Part shown: positions 1 through 11,223 of the stretch, piece by piece
Layout: every line of letters starts with the position of its first letter
Position numbering within the stretch: position 1 is the stretch's first letter
Source of the DNA: Gammaproteobacteria bacterium
GTDB taxonomy: Bacteria > Pseudomonadota > Gammaproteobacteria > Steroidobacterales > Woeseiaceae
DNA length: 27,068 bases
Assembly: GCA_003645495.1 (NCBI GenBank)
Contig: QNFK01000001.1
Span: 1 to 27,068 of the forward strand
Direction of reading: 5' to 3'
Translations under genes and position numbers: made by a program
Notes under the pieces: generated by a model
The model's database searches: none
Seen by the model: the letters and a program-made list of their open reading frames with translations, nothing else
What the model was told of the DNA's origin: nothing

Positions 1-72
1 TATATGGATGAGGCAGAAATGCAGGCTACGCGGGAGCGGACTGAGAATCAGGTTGAGGAATATTGTAATTAG
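1..72 (+). CDS. 3' end of an upstream gene running in from the window edge (…YMDEAEMQATRERTENQVEEYCN*), function unknown
   Basis: Frame 1 is open from base 1 to TAG at 70-72 and is followed by a strong hairpin. Too short to assign a family. Confidence 0.35.
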   Translation, partial: YMDEAEMQATRERTENQVEEYCN

Positions 73-134
73 GGTGAGGTAGGTCTTGTTCCAGAGGTTT
101 ATTCTTTTGGGCGGGTTTGGTTGGTCAGGTTTTG

Positions 135-178
135 CAAACAATTAAGGGCATGTCTTGCGACATGCCCTTAATTGTTTG
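135..178. terminator. Perfect 20-bp-stem hairpin (CAAACAATTAAGGGCATGTC-ttgc-GACATGCCCTTAATTGTTTG); probable bidirectional terminator or palindromic repeat
   Basis: Exact inverted repeat at 135-154 and 159-178, between convergent gene ends (stop at 72, stop at 408). Confidence 0.6.
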
Positions 179-202
179 TCGCCCGTCGGGACGGGCTCCA
201 AC
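178..202 (-). repeat. REP-like palindrome (GTTG-GAGCCCGTCCCGACGGGCGAC), variant of the GTAG-tagged family
   Basis: The minus strand has a GTTG tag followed by the stem GCCCGTC/GACGGGC, the layout of GTAG-type REPs. Confidence 0.5.
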
Positions 203-296
203 GTGACCTTGCTACAATTTTTGATCGCTGAGTAAGATTGGTTGGCTACAATTTCTGAGCGCGTATTTTTTTGGACTGGTGGGATTTCTCCTGGCT

Positions 297-320
297 GTAG
301 GAGCGGCTGTCGTAACCGAT
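297..320 (+). repeat. Degenerate GTAG-type REP (GTAGGAGCGGCTGTCGTAACCGAT)
   Basis: The GTAGGAGCGG start is typical of gammaproteobacterial GTAG REPs. It is inverted relative to the copy at 178-202. Confidence 0.4.
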
Positions 321-407
321 GTGCTTTAGTCTCAGGGCGCAGGAATGTACGGATATCAAGACGCCGCGAATGGTCCGGGCCATATCTCGCTCAATAGAAA
401 CGCCCAA

Positions 408-3251
408 TCAAACGATTTCCAGCGCTTTTCTGCGCTGGGTGTGGAAATCCTGTTTTTCTACAAACGTCAGGAATTCGTCCTGCGGCAGCGCGTGACTGTA
501 GTAGTAGCCCTGCACACAATCGCAGCCGTTCTCACTGAGAAACTCTGCTTGTTCCTTTGTTTCGACACCCTCGGCGATCGCCTTTTTGCCCAGTTCGTGG
601 GCCATCTTAATAATCGTCCGGCATATGTTCTCGGAATTTCCGCCGGAGCCAATGAGATCGATAAACGACTTGTCGATCTTGATCAGGTCGAACGGTAGTT
701 GCTGCAGGTAACTTAGCGAAGAATAGCCCGTTCCGAAATCGTCGATCGCCACCTGCACGCCTGCTTCCCGTAATACATTGAGAATATCGATCGCGGTATC
801 GCGGTTTTGTGCGACTGTGGTTTCTGTAATCTCAAGTTGCAGATATCCAGGGTGAATATTGTGCCGTTGCAAGGCGTCAAGCACATCGCTCGGAAAACCC
901 GACTCCCTGAGTTGCAGGGTAGATACATTGATCGACATCGATCCGGGATGCAGACCCATATCGAGAACCGACCGCAGATCAGCACAAGTCTGATCAACCA
1001 CCCAACGCCCCATTTCAATAATGAGTCCCGAGTCTTCCGCAAGCTGAATGAACTCGCTTGGCGGGATTTGTCCCTGTTCTTTATGGCGCCAGCGCATCAG
1101 AGCCTCTGCGCCACAAATAATGCCGTTGGACAGATCAAACTGTGGTTGGTAATAAACTTCGAGCTCATCGGCATTAAATGCGGTTCGCAGGTCCCGCTCA
1201 AGTTCAATCTTGCGCCGGCTTTCAGCATTCAGCTTCTTGCTGAAGAATACGAAACGGGAGCGACCGGCATCCTTGGCCCGGTACATAGCCGCGTCCGCAT
1301 TTTTCAGCAATGTCTCGACACTATCTCCATCATCCGGAAATACAACGATGCCGATACTTGCACTCAGGAAGTGATTGGTGCCACGTGCCGAAAACGGTTC
1401 AGCCAGTCGTGCCAGTATTCGTGTTGCTGTCTTGCGTAGGGTGTTATCACCGGTGAGATGTGGCATCACGATGACGAATTCGTCACCGCCCAGGCGAGCC
1501 ACGGTATCCGTATCACGCACCTCTGAGACGATTCTCTCAGCAGCCTGGGCAAGAATGAGATCCCCGACCGAGTGACCGAAGACGTCGTTGATCTCTTTGA
1601 ATCTATCAAGGTCAAGAAACAGAATCGCGCCGTTCTGCTTCTCGCGACGAGCGTGTACGAGTTGCTGCTCCAGGCGATCTTTCAGAAGCTGACGATTCGG
1701 CAAGCCGGTAAGCTCGTCAAAATGCGCCTGACGGTAGAGCGCTTCCTCACGTTCTGCACTGGCCAGGGCAACTGCGAGGCGCCCGGCAATATCGATGGAG
1801 CGCTGCAAACGACCGCCACGCATTTCAAAGCTCGAATTGGACCCTAGCAGTAGGATACCCTTCAGATCATCGTTCAGAATGACGGGAATCAGTACGACAT
1901 ACTTCAAACCAAACTTCAGGAAGCGCTCTTTATAGGGTGCAAAAGAACCATCGATCTCTGCCAGCGCCACTTCTCGCGGCTGACACCATTCATGGCCAAG
2001 TTCCTGGGGTAGAGAAACCCGCTCATGGATAAATTCGTCCTCAAACCAGGAGATCATCTTGGCCCAGCTCGGGGCATCGGCGTCTCGTGCGATGACCGCC
2101 GCTGCCTCAAATCCGGTCAGTTTAATAAGATGGCAAATAACATCCTCTGACACTTCTTCAAAATCTGCACCTGACAGAATAAGCCTGTCAATTTTTGACA
2201 TCGCTTTGAGTGTCTCTATCTGACGCCCCAGTCTTCCGGCCATGTTGTTGAACGCATCGCCAAGCGCTTCGAATTCGTCGCCGGTTCTGATGCGAACTCT
2301 GGACTCAAGCTGGCCAGCGGCATACTGACGCGCGACTATTGTCAGGCGTTGCAGAGGCACGAGACTTTGCCCAATCAGGCTTAGACTAAGGGCTCCGACC
2401 ATCATGATTACCAGCACCAGTGCCGGTGGAAATATTCGCCGAAAATCAGCGCTGGAACGTAATGAGTATTTTTTTGGCTGGCTCGCGATGATGTCGATTG
2501 CCGGATGACCGTAGCTGCCATCCAGGAACAGTTGCCACATTGCAGCGAAATGCTTCTCGCCGCCGATTTCCCATTCTGTCGGACTACTTTCCTGTGGGTT
2601 ACGCTCGGCCACCAGGGCCACATGTAATCCGGCATCCATGCCAACGGTACAAAACAGATTCGCACCGCTAGCGGAAAATACACAGAATTCGGTCAGGTAG
2701 GGACGATTCTCTTTCGGGCCCCAGATCGTCTCCGGTTTAAGGCGGAAAGCAAACATCGACTGATCGGGCTCACCAATATTTGCGCCATGCAAAAGTATCA
2801 GGTCATTTTTCGCGGCTGCTGCAGTATCAAGCAACTGACCGTTGCCGGCATTGAGGTGAGCGACATTGATCGTTGAAAAGTCGATCTGGCTACTGCGTAC
2901 GCCGAATATCATTTCATTGGGATAGCTCTCCGCGACAAGCCAGACAGCTTCGAAATCATCAAGCAGGTAGGGTCTGTCCTGAGTAGCCGCCACTCCACCC
3001 GACTCGAATACATCAATCAGTTCCTCTGCTTTGCCAGATGCTCTGGACAAACGCGCCAGGATTTCAACACCATACGCTTTGGAATTTTCCCGAAGGTCCT
3101 GGTTGACCTCCTGCTCCAGTCCGCGACCAACTTCGTTGTAGGCGAGCAGCGCAGTGAAAATAACGGGCAGGATGCCGGCCAGCAAGAACAACATGAGGAT
3201 ACGCCGGCCGACGCCGGCCGTAAGGATACGGGTAAGGCCGGAATCCGCCAT
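408..3251 (-). CDS. Membrane-anchored c-di-GMP enzyme: TM, periplasmic sensor, TM, HAMP, GAF, GGDEF, EAL (947 aa)
   Basis: Two hydrophobic segments and a HAMP (PLQRLT…DEFEALGDAFNNM). GGDEF domain: DELTGLPNR, DLDRFKEIND, RDTD I-site, RLGGDEF. EAL domain: AEALMRW, DDFGTGYSSL, IKIDKSF, AEGVET. Confidence 0.95.
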   Translation of the reverse strand: MADSGLTRILTAGVGRRILMLFLLAGILPVIFTALLAYNEVGRGLEQEVNQDLRENSKAYGVEILARLSRASGKAEELIDVFESGGVAATQDRPYLLDDFEAVWLVAESYPNEMIFGVRSSQIDFSTINVAHLNAGNGQLLDTAAAAKNDLILLHGANIGEPDQSMFAFRLKPETIWGPKENRPYLTEFCVFSASGANLFCTVGMDAGLHVALVAERNPQESSPTEWEIGGEKHFAAMWQLFLDGSYGHPAIDIIASQPKKYSLRSSADFRRIFPPALVLVIMMVGALSLSLIGQSLVPLQRLTIVARQYAAGQLESRVRIRTGDEFEALGDAFNNMAGRLGRQIETLKAMSKIDRLILSGADFEEVSEDVICHLIKLTGFEAAAVIARDADAPSWAKMISWFEDEFIHERVSLPQELGHEWCQPREVALAEIDGSFAPYKERFLKFGLKYVVLIPVILNDDLKGILLLGSNSSFEMRGGRLQRSIDIAGRLAVALASAEREEALYRQAHFDELTGLPNRQLLKDRLEQQLVHARREKQNGAILFLDLDRFKEINDVFGHSVGDLILAQAAERIVSEVRDTDTVARLGGDEFVIVMPHLTGDNTLRKTATRILARLAEPFSARGTNHFLSASIGIVVFPDDGDSVETLLKNADAAMYRAKDAGRSRFVFFSKKLNAESRRKIELERDLRTAFNADELEVYYQPQFDLSNGIICGAEALMRWRHKEQGQIPPSEFIQLAEDSGLIIEMGRWVVDQTCADLRSVLDMGLHPGSMSINVSTLQLRESGFPSDVLDALQRHNIHPGYLQLEITETTVAQNRDTAIDILNVLREAGVQVAIDDFGTGYSSLSYLQQLPFDLIKIDKSFIDLIGSGGNSENICRTIIKMAHELGKKAIAEGVETKEQAEFLSENGCDCVQGYYYSHALPQDEFLTFVEKQDFHTQRRKALEIV

Positions 3252-3721
3252 CAGTAGTGCTCTCCAAGGCCTATGAAATCACCGTTGTTTGCACGAACGA
3301 TGTCATCACGACTTGCCTTGGCAGACAGCGGATCTTTCGAATCACCATCGGAGCCCATGCTGAAGAGATCAAAATCAGTATTAAGCGGGTTGAGTTTGCC
3401 GTCCTTGCGTAACCCACCTGCACCCGGACCGGCGACCTTGATATTCAAAAAACTGTAAGGATTGCCCCACGGATCCAGCGGAACCTCACCGGGTAACTCA
3501 TTAAGATTGACCGGTATCCGATCATTGCTACGCAGACGGAAACTCTCGATCTGGACGCTTATTGAGCCGATGTCGCCAATGGCCTTGGCATTTTTGCCTT
3601 TGTCCACGAAGCCGTTGTATGCCGGCACAGCGAGCGCAGCGAGCAGCGATGCGATCACCAGTGTGAGCATCAGGTCCAGCACGCCATATCCACTTATCTC
3701 TCTGGAACCCAGGTCCGTCAT
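3251..3721 (-). CDS. Type IV pilin/GspG-like pseudopilin with prepilin (class III) signal (156 aa)
   Basis: Short leader MTDLGSREISG, then hydrophobic YGVLDLMLTLVIASLLAALAVPAY, a GspG-like DPWGNPY motif and FDLFSMGSDG. The stop overlaps the ATG of the GGDEF/EAL gene at 3251. Start placed at the second Met (3721). Confidence 0.85.
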   Translation of the reverse strand: MTDLGSREISGYGVLDLMLTLVIASLLAALAVPAYNGFVDKGKNAKAIGDIGSISVQIESFRLRSNDRIPVNLNELPGEVPLDPWGNPYSFLNIKVAGPGAGGLRKDGKLNPLNTDFDLFSMGSDGDSKDPLSAKASRDDIVRANNGDFIGLGEHY

Positions 3722-3783
3722 ATATGTTCTCACACACCCAGCGAGGACAGCTGAGGCACGCATCCGTTGCGAATTTAGGATGA

Positions 3784-3796
3784 TAAGTCATTGATA
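3784..3796 (-). promoter_or_regulatory. IHF consensus site (TATCAATGACTTA) upstream of the pseudopilin operon
   Basis: Exact match to WATCAANNNNTTR in an AT-rich intergenic stretch. Confidence 0.45.
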
Positions 3797-3939
3797 AATA
3801 AGATTCGTTGATCTCCGTCACAGGGAAATTCGGGACTGACTCCAACGCCGAATTCATGCCTTTCCACACGATTTCGGACAGCGATCGGCCACGTATTGAG
3901 CGAGCAAATATCCCGGTCGCCAGGACTGGCACATTGAAA

Positions 3940-3968
3940 GTGACGGCGCCCGGCCACACCGTTATACT
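3940..3968 (+). promoter_or_regulatory. Putative sigma70 promoter for the tRNA (GTGACG-17 bp-TATACT)
   Basis: -10 TATACT at 3963-3968, 17-bp spacing to GTGACG, and a GC-rich discriminator, 40 bp before the tRNA. Confidence 0.45.
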
Positions 3969-4008
3969 TTCGCGTCCCGTGAATCGTGAACGGCGATTCA
4001 CATCGTTT

Positions 4009-4085
4009 GGGCCTGTAGCTCAGTTGGTTAGAGCAGGAGACTCATAATCTCTTGGTCGTAGGTTCGAGTCCTACCGGGCCCACCA
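4009..4085 (+). tRNA. tRNA with CAT anticodon, most likely tRNA-Ile2 (lysidine-modified); elongator Met not excluded
   Basis: 77-nt cloverleaf: acceptor GGGCCTG/CGGGCCC, D arm AGCTCAGTTGGTTAGAGC, anticodon loop CTCATAA, T arm GGTTCGAGTCC, encoded CCA. The GCAGG.GACTCATAATC.CTTGGTCG context resembles E. coli ileX. Paired 1:72 rules out fMet. Confidence 0.9.
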
Positions 4086-4190
4086 CATTCTGTGCAAAGA
4101 ATGGCTTTGACCTGCCATGCTTCGTACAAATTACTAAAGATCAATCCGCGATCAGCATGTGCGGCACAGTTGCGATCGCGGGCGGATTGG

Positions 4191-4215
4191 GGTTCGAGTC
4201 CTACCGGGCCCACCA
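4191..4215 (+). repeat. Exact 25-bp duplicate of the tRNA 3' end (GGTTCGAGTCCTACCGGGCCCACCA); att-like direct repeat
   Basis: Identical to 4061-4085 at an offset of 130 bp. Confidence 0.9.
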
Positions 4216-4273
4216 TATCCGCTCCCGGTGTCAGCACAAAGTTGACAACCGTGCGCGGATTTATCGTAAGTAG

Positions 4274-6529
<2,256 letters not shown>

Positions 6530-6678
6530 GACTTGGTATCTGATCTGACAGATAGTGTAACAGTTGATCAATTCCCAATTGCCGCTCCCATCGATAGCGG
6601 TGATCGTAACTCTGATGTTTTTTTGCTCTGACCCCATTTATTGTGCAATTTCTTGCGTCGATTGACCAGAATGGGTAA

Positions 6679-8028
6679 CTAAGAACACTCACCCATATCC
6701 CGTGGCAGGTAGCGAACGAGTAGTGCGAATTCATCAATCATACCGGGATCAGCCTTTTCCGGAACGGGGATTTTCACGACCCAACCTGAACCAGGGGCGG
6801 CATCGGTCTGTTTACCATCATGACTAGTCATGTCGTTAAGACGAAAAGACAGATTGCCTGACGGTGTAACCAGTTCCATCAGGTCACCGGTCTCGAAACG
6901 GTTTTTGACATCAATACTTAGCCAGTTGTCATTTATATCCAGGACTTCGCCGACAACCTGTTGCAGGTCAGATCGCGATGCACCTCGTTCATAATTCTGA
7001 TATTCGCCGGGCGGGTGACGGCGATAGAAGCCCTCGGTGTAACCGCGATTTGAAAGACCTTCCAGTTCGTCCAGCATGCCCATATCGAACAGCCGGCCTG
7101 CTGCAGCATCCTCGATCGCACGATGGTAAACCTGGGTCGTGCGCGCGGTGTAATAGGCCGATTTGGTACGGCCCTCGATCTTCAGTGAATCGATGCCCAT
7201 GGATGCCAGCGTATGCACGTGCTGAACTGCCCGCAGGTCCCTGGAATTCATGATGTAGGTTCCGTGTTCATCTTCAAAAGCCGGCATCAGTTCCCCTGGG
7301 CGGCCCTCTTCCTCCAACAAAGCAACAGGCGGTGTTTGAGATTGAATTGCAGGCGATGTCTCTTCAGGCACTTTGATCGGCGCGATATCACCGGTACTTG
7401 TCTCTCGGGCTTCATAGGCATTGTATTTCCAACGGCAGGTATTGGTGCATGCGCCCTGGTTGGAGTCACGGTGGGCAAGGTAGCCGGATAGCAGGCAGCG
7501 ACCAGAATACGCAATACACAGGGCGCCATGAACGAAGACTTCAAGTTCTATGTCCGGACATTGCTCGCGAATCTGTGCAACCTCCTTCAGCGACAGTTCA
7601 CGCGACAATATGATCCGGCTGAGCCCTGCATTTTGCCAGAATTTTACCGCAGCGTAGTTCACGACATTGGATTGCACAGACAGGTGTATTGGTAACTGCG
7701 GCCAGCGTTCGCGCACCATCATGATCAGCCCCGGATCTGACATGATCAGGGCATCGGGACCCATGTCCACAATCGGCTCCAGGTCCCTCAGGTAGTTCTT
7801 CAACTTGTTGTTATGCGGTGCGATATTACTGGCCAGGAAAAACAGTTTTCCCGCCGCATGGGTTTCCTCGATTCCCTGCCTCAGTATCGATTCCTTGCTG
7901 AACTCATTGTTACGCACTCGCAAGCTGTAACGTGGCTGGCCCGCATATACGGCGTCGGCACCATATGCGATGGCATAGCGCATATTTTTCAGGGTGCCGG
8001 CAGGTGACAGGAGTTCAGGTTTATTCAT
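6679..8028 (-). CDS. trhP: U32-family tRNA 5-hydroxyuridine synthase TrhP (YegQ), 449 aa
   Basis: KPELLSPAG…YGADAVYAGQPRYSLRVRNNEF, HGALCIAYSGRCLLSGY, NQGACTNTCRW (Fe-S cysteines), DSLKIEGRTKS. Start placed at MNKPELL. Confidence 0.92.
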   Translation of the reverse strand: MNKPELLSPAGTLKNMRYAIAYGADAVYAGQPRYSLRVRNNEFSKESILRQGIEETHAAGKLFFLASNIAPHNNKLKNYLRDLEPIVDMGPDALIMSDPGLIMMVRERWPQLPIHLSVQSNVVNYAAVKFWQNAGLSRIILSRELSLKEVAQIREQCPDIELEVFVHGALCIAYSGRCLLSGYLAHRDSNQGACTNTCRWKYNAYEARETSTGDIAPIKVPEETSPAIQSQTPPVALLEEEGRPGELMPAFEDEHGTYIMNSRDLRAVQHVHTLASMGIDSLKIEGRTKSAYYTARTTQVYHRAIEDAAAGRLFDMGMLDELEGLSNRGYTEGFYRRHPPGEYQNYERGASRSDLQQVVGEVLDINDNWLSIDVKNRFETGDLMELVTPSGNLSFRLNDMTSHDGKQTDAAPGSGWVVKIPVPEKADPGMIDEFALLVRYLPRDMGECS

Positions 8029-8136
8029 AATTACCAATTACGCATGCGAAATTACTGCAGGGTCGCTCCTGGACATGCATGTCTTACGCGACATGAGCCT
8101 GTCTGTACACAATACCGCCCCCGCCACGCAGCATGC

Positions 8137-9666
8137 CTATGCACCGCGCCGCCGCCTTCCTTTGCGACCACGGCGGCCGACTGGTGCGTTTTTCACCGCT
8201 GGAATGGGTGCTGGTGGAAGCTCAGGCAAATCCTGTTGCTCCAACAGGCCATCCTGTACCAATTTACGCATTGCGCTGTCAATCGCAGAATCTGTCTCGA
8301 TTGGTGTGTAACTGGCCAGTCGTTTTTCTACCTGGTCGCGAGCCCGGTCGTAAAGTTGCAGCGATCCGTTTTCCTCCCACGTTTCACGATTTGCGCGGTC
8401 AATTACAGGATCGGTCAGGTAGAGCTCCTGCTGCCAGTGCTCAAGCGTATGCGGTGAAGTTATCAGGTGCTCGTCTCGCAGAAGTTGCTCGACAAGGTCC
8501 GCGGTTGGCAGATCGTCAACCGGTTTCAGTTCTCGAACGAAATGCAACGCCTGGCCGCAGACTTCGTTATCGAAAATAAGTTTTGGCAGGCTGAAGGTAA
8601 GCACAAAGTCCAGCATGCCTGGACCAGAGACAGAATTTACACCAGCGATCGCAGCCAGCAACGCACTGCTGAACGTTTCTCCGCCGCCTTGCGCATCGAG
8701 AAATTTCCCATCACTTAATGCCATGTATGCCTGTGTCGGCAGATCGAGCGACTTCGCGACAGCGACATAGGCTACATTCAGGTGTTGTGCCTCTATCGCC
8801 GCCATCGGTGAGCTTGCTGCTTTCATGTGGAATGTGGCAGGCGCACCGCCAAACAATACCGGTGTGCCTGGATTTACGATTTGTGCCATCGTCAGCCCGG
8901 TCAGCACGTCAACACAGTGAAATACCAGCGCCCCGACCAGGGTTACCGGCGCGATCAACCCCATCAAAGTAACCGGAACAATCTCCACCGGGATGCCGGC
9001 CTCGACACAATCCAGCAGGTTCTGACAGGAGTCCTCACCATAGCGAAAATTGCCGGTAGCGGTGATAGTGAATATCGATTGTGGCTTCCGAATCAGTTCC
9101 GTACGGTCACTGCGGAATAACTGCAGCATCTCTACCATACGCGGTACGCCATGTTCACTGAATGCGCCGGTGACCACCGGTTTCTTTGATGTGATCAACG
9201 TCAGGTAAAGGCGCCACACATCGGAAACTTGCGACTCGATGTCAGCATTGGTCGAAAATGCTGTTGCAAGATAGGCAATGTGTTCCATGCCATCGCAAAG
9301 TCGCGCGTACTCGATGAAATCGGTCGAATCTGTCAGCCGGGTCTCACCAGTGCGGTGATCAAGAACCTTTAGTCCGCTGGATCCCGGCACATAATGCACG
9401 TTGTTACCACCGATCTCTGCATGTGGCTCACCGTCACGATTGTAGAGAGTGAATGATTTCGGTGCGCTCTCTATTGCGGCTTCGACCACGTCGGCAGAAA
9501 ACAGTACTCTCTTGCCAGTCTGATCAGTCTTGAGGCCGTGATCGAGCAGGCGCTGACGTAGTTTCTCGCCACGGATTTCCATCCCGGTTTCGGCCATGAT
9601 GCGCTTGGCCTCATCGAGAACCTTTTTGATGAGTTCATCTGACAGGACATTCAATGTTGGTCGCAT
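8137..9666 (-). CDS. Trimethylamine methyltransferase (MttB) superfamily protein, non-pyrrolysine, paralog 1 (509 aa)
   Basis: [63 protein letters not shown]. No in-frame TAG. Confidence 0.9.
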   Translation of the reverse strand: MRPTLNVLSDELIKKVLDEAKRIMAETGMEIRGEKLRQRLLDHGLKTDQTGKRVLFSADVVEAAIESAPKSFTLYNRDGEPHAEIGGNNVHYVPGSSGLKVLDHRTGETRLTDSTDFIEYARLCDGMEHIAYLATAFSTNADIESQVSDVWRLYLTLITSKKPVVTGAFSEHGVPRMVEMLQLFRSDRTELIRKPQSIFTITATGNFRYGEDSCQNLLDCVEAGIPVEIVPVTLMGLIAPVTLVGALVFHCVDVLTGLTMAQIVNPGTPVLFGGAPATFHMKAASSPMAAIEAQHLNVAYVAVAKSLDLPTQAYMALSDGKFLDAQGGGETFSSALLAAIAGVNSVSGPGMLDFVLTFSLPKLIFDNEVCGQALHFVRELKPVDDLPTADLVEQLLRDEHLITSPHTLEHWQQELYLTDPVIDRANRETWEENGSLQLYDRARDQVEKRLASYTPIETDSAIDSAMRKLVQDGLLEQQDLPELPPAPIPAVKNAPVGRRGRKGRRRRGA

Positions 9667-9684
9667 AATTCCGACTCCGGTTTC

Positions 9685-11211
9685 CTAGCTGCACCGCGCC
9701 ATAATGGCTTGCTTCCGCTTGCTTACGTACTCAACAAGCGCTTCGTCTATCGCAGGATCAAGGGGAGGCTGTTCATATTCGCGCAACAGCTGCTTCCAGA
9801 TTGTATTGGCACGCGCGCTGATATCGATGCTGCCGGATTCTTGCCATGATTCGAAGTTCTGCCGGTTAGATAGTATAGGCGTATAAAAAGCCGACTCGTA
9901 ACGCTCCAGCGTGTGGCTCGTACCGAAGTGGTGCCCACCCGGGCCGACTTCGGCAATCGCGTCCAGCGCCAGTTCGTCCTCGGACACTTCGATAGGGCGC
10001 AGATACTCAGCCATCATCTGCAACATTTCGGCATCAATAATAAGTTTCTCGAAAGAGGCTGTTAGCCCGCCCTCAAGCCAACCTGCTGCATGATTAACAA
10101 GATTGGCGTGACCCATGATCGATCCCCATAACGACATCTCGCTTTCAAATACGGCCTGTCCGTCGACACAGTTCGAGACCGTAGTATTGCTGGAGCGAAA
10201 AGGGAGTCCGAGGCGCCTTGCAATCTGGCCGCTTGCCTGGGCAGCTTTCGCATACTCGGGTGTGCCGAGTGCGGGAGCGCCGCTGCGCATGTCAACATTG
10301 GATGCAAAACTGCCGTACATAATCGGGGCGCCGGGCCTGACAACCTGGGCAAATGTTGCGACACCCAGCACCTCGGCAGTCTGCTGGACGAGCGTTCCCG
10401 CCAGTGTTGCGGGGCTCATCGAGCCTGCAAGCGTAAACGGCGTGATACAGCAAACCTGGCCGGCACCAGCGAGCTCCATGACCGCTTCGGTCATTGGAAT
10501 ATCGAGTTGCATCGGTGAATTCGTATTTATCACACCGAGCAGGGCGGGCACCTCAGCCAAGCCAGCACGGTCGGTGCCGAGGGCGATACAGGTCATCTCA
10601 ATGGAATCTGCTGTTCGCGCTCCTCCGAGCGCATAAGACTGAGCGTTCTTGTCCAGTAGTCGAATCTGCGCCAGGTACAGATCAAGATGCCGTGTTTCTG
10701 CCGGCAGATCCAGTGCTTCGAACGGGCCGCCACCTTCCTGGTGGACAATGTTGAGGCTCTGTATGAGGCGCAGGTAATCGCACATCTCGTCGTAGGTGCC
10801 GGGCCGGCGGCCGTTGTCCAGGTCACTGCAAAAGGCTGGCCCGCCGACCGATGAAAACAGTATGTTGTTGTCACCCACTTTGAGGTTGTGCGCCGGATTG
10901 CGTGCCCGCAAACCGAACCTGGGCGGTGCCAGCGCCAGTTTTTCTTCCACGAGCACATGATCGATGCGCACCATTTTTCCAGGCTCATCGACTTCGGCAC
11001 CGGCTCTTTGCATGATTTTTCGACTGCCCGGTTCAAGAAAACGCATGCCTTGCGTCTCCAGCACCTTGAGCGCTGCCTGGATGATAGTTTCAATCTGCGA
11101 CTCATCAAGAACTTCGACGGGTGCATACGGATTAATCACGTTGCGCCATGGCAATTGCACAATCTCATCCACGACTCGTCTTTTTCGCCGACTGCGTCTC
11201 GTCATTTGCAC
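9685..11211 (-). CDS. MttB superfamily methyltransferase (MtgB-like), non-pyrrolysine, paralog 2 (508 aa)
   Basis: INTNSPMQLD, TPFTLAGSMSPATLAGTLVQ, RPGAPIMYGSF, HAAGWLEGGLTASFEKLIIDAE, VGPGGHHFG. Confidence 0.93.
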   Translation of the reverse strand: MQMTRRSRRKRRVVDEIVQLPWRNVINPYAPVEVLDESQIETIIQAALKVLETQGMRFLEPGSRKIMQRAGAEVDEPGKMVRIDHVLVEEKLALAPPRFGLRARNPAHNLKVGDNNILFSSVGGPAFCSDLDNGRRPGTYDEMCDYLRLIQSLNIVHQEGGGPFEALDLPAETRHLDLYLAQIRLLDKNAQSYALGGARTADSIEMTCIALGTDRAGLAEVPALLGVINTNSPMQLDIPMTEAVMELAGAGQVCCITPFTLAGSMSPATLAGTLVQQTAEVLGVATFAQVVRPGAPIMYGSFASNVDMRSGAPALGTPEYAKAAQASGQIARRLGLPFRSSNTTVSNCVDGQAVFESEMSLWGSIMGHANLVNHAAGWLEGGLTASFEKLIIDAEMLQMMAEYLRPIEVSEDELALDAIAEVGPGGHHFGTSHTLERYESAFYTPILSNRQNFESWQESGSIDISARANTIWKQLLREYEQPPLDPAIDEALVEYVSKRKQAIMARCS

Positions 11212-11223
11212 ATGCCTTGGGTG

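Noticed and set aside
345-1847. Plus-strand ORFs (345-698, 807-1439, 1572-1847) opposite the GGDEF/EAL gene, and similar shadow ORFs across the window such as 10115-10636, 15578-16105 and 25425-25943
   Set aside because: They lie antisense to or out of frame within well-supported genes and show no recognisable motifs.
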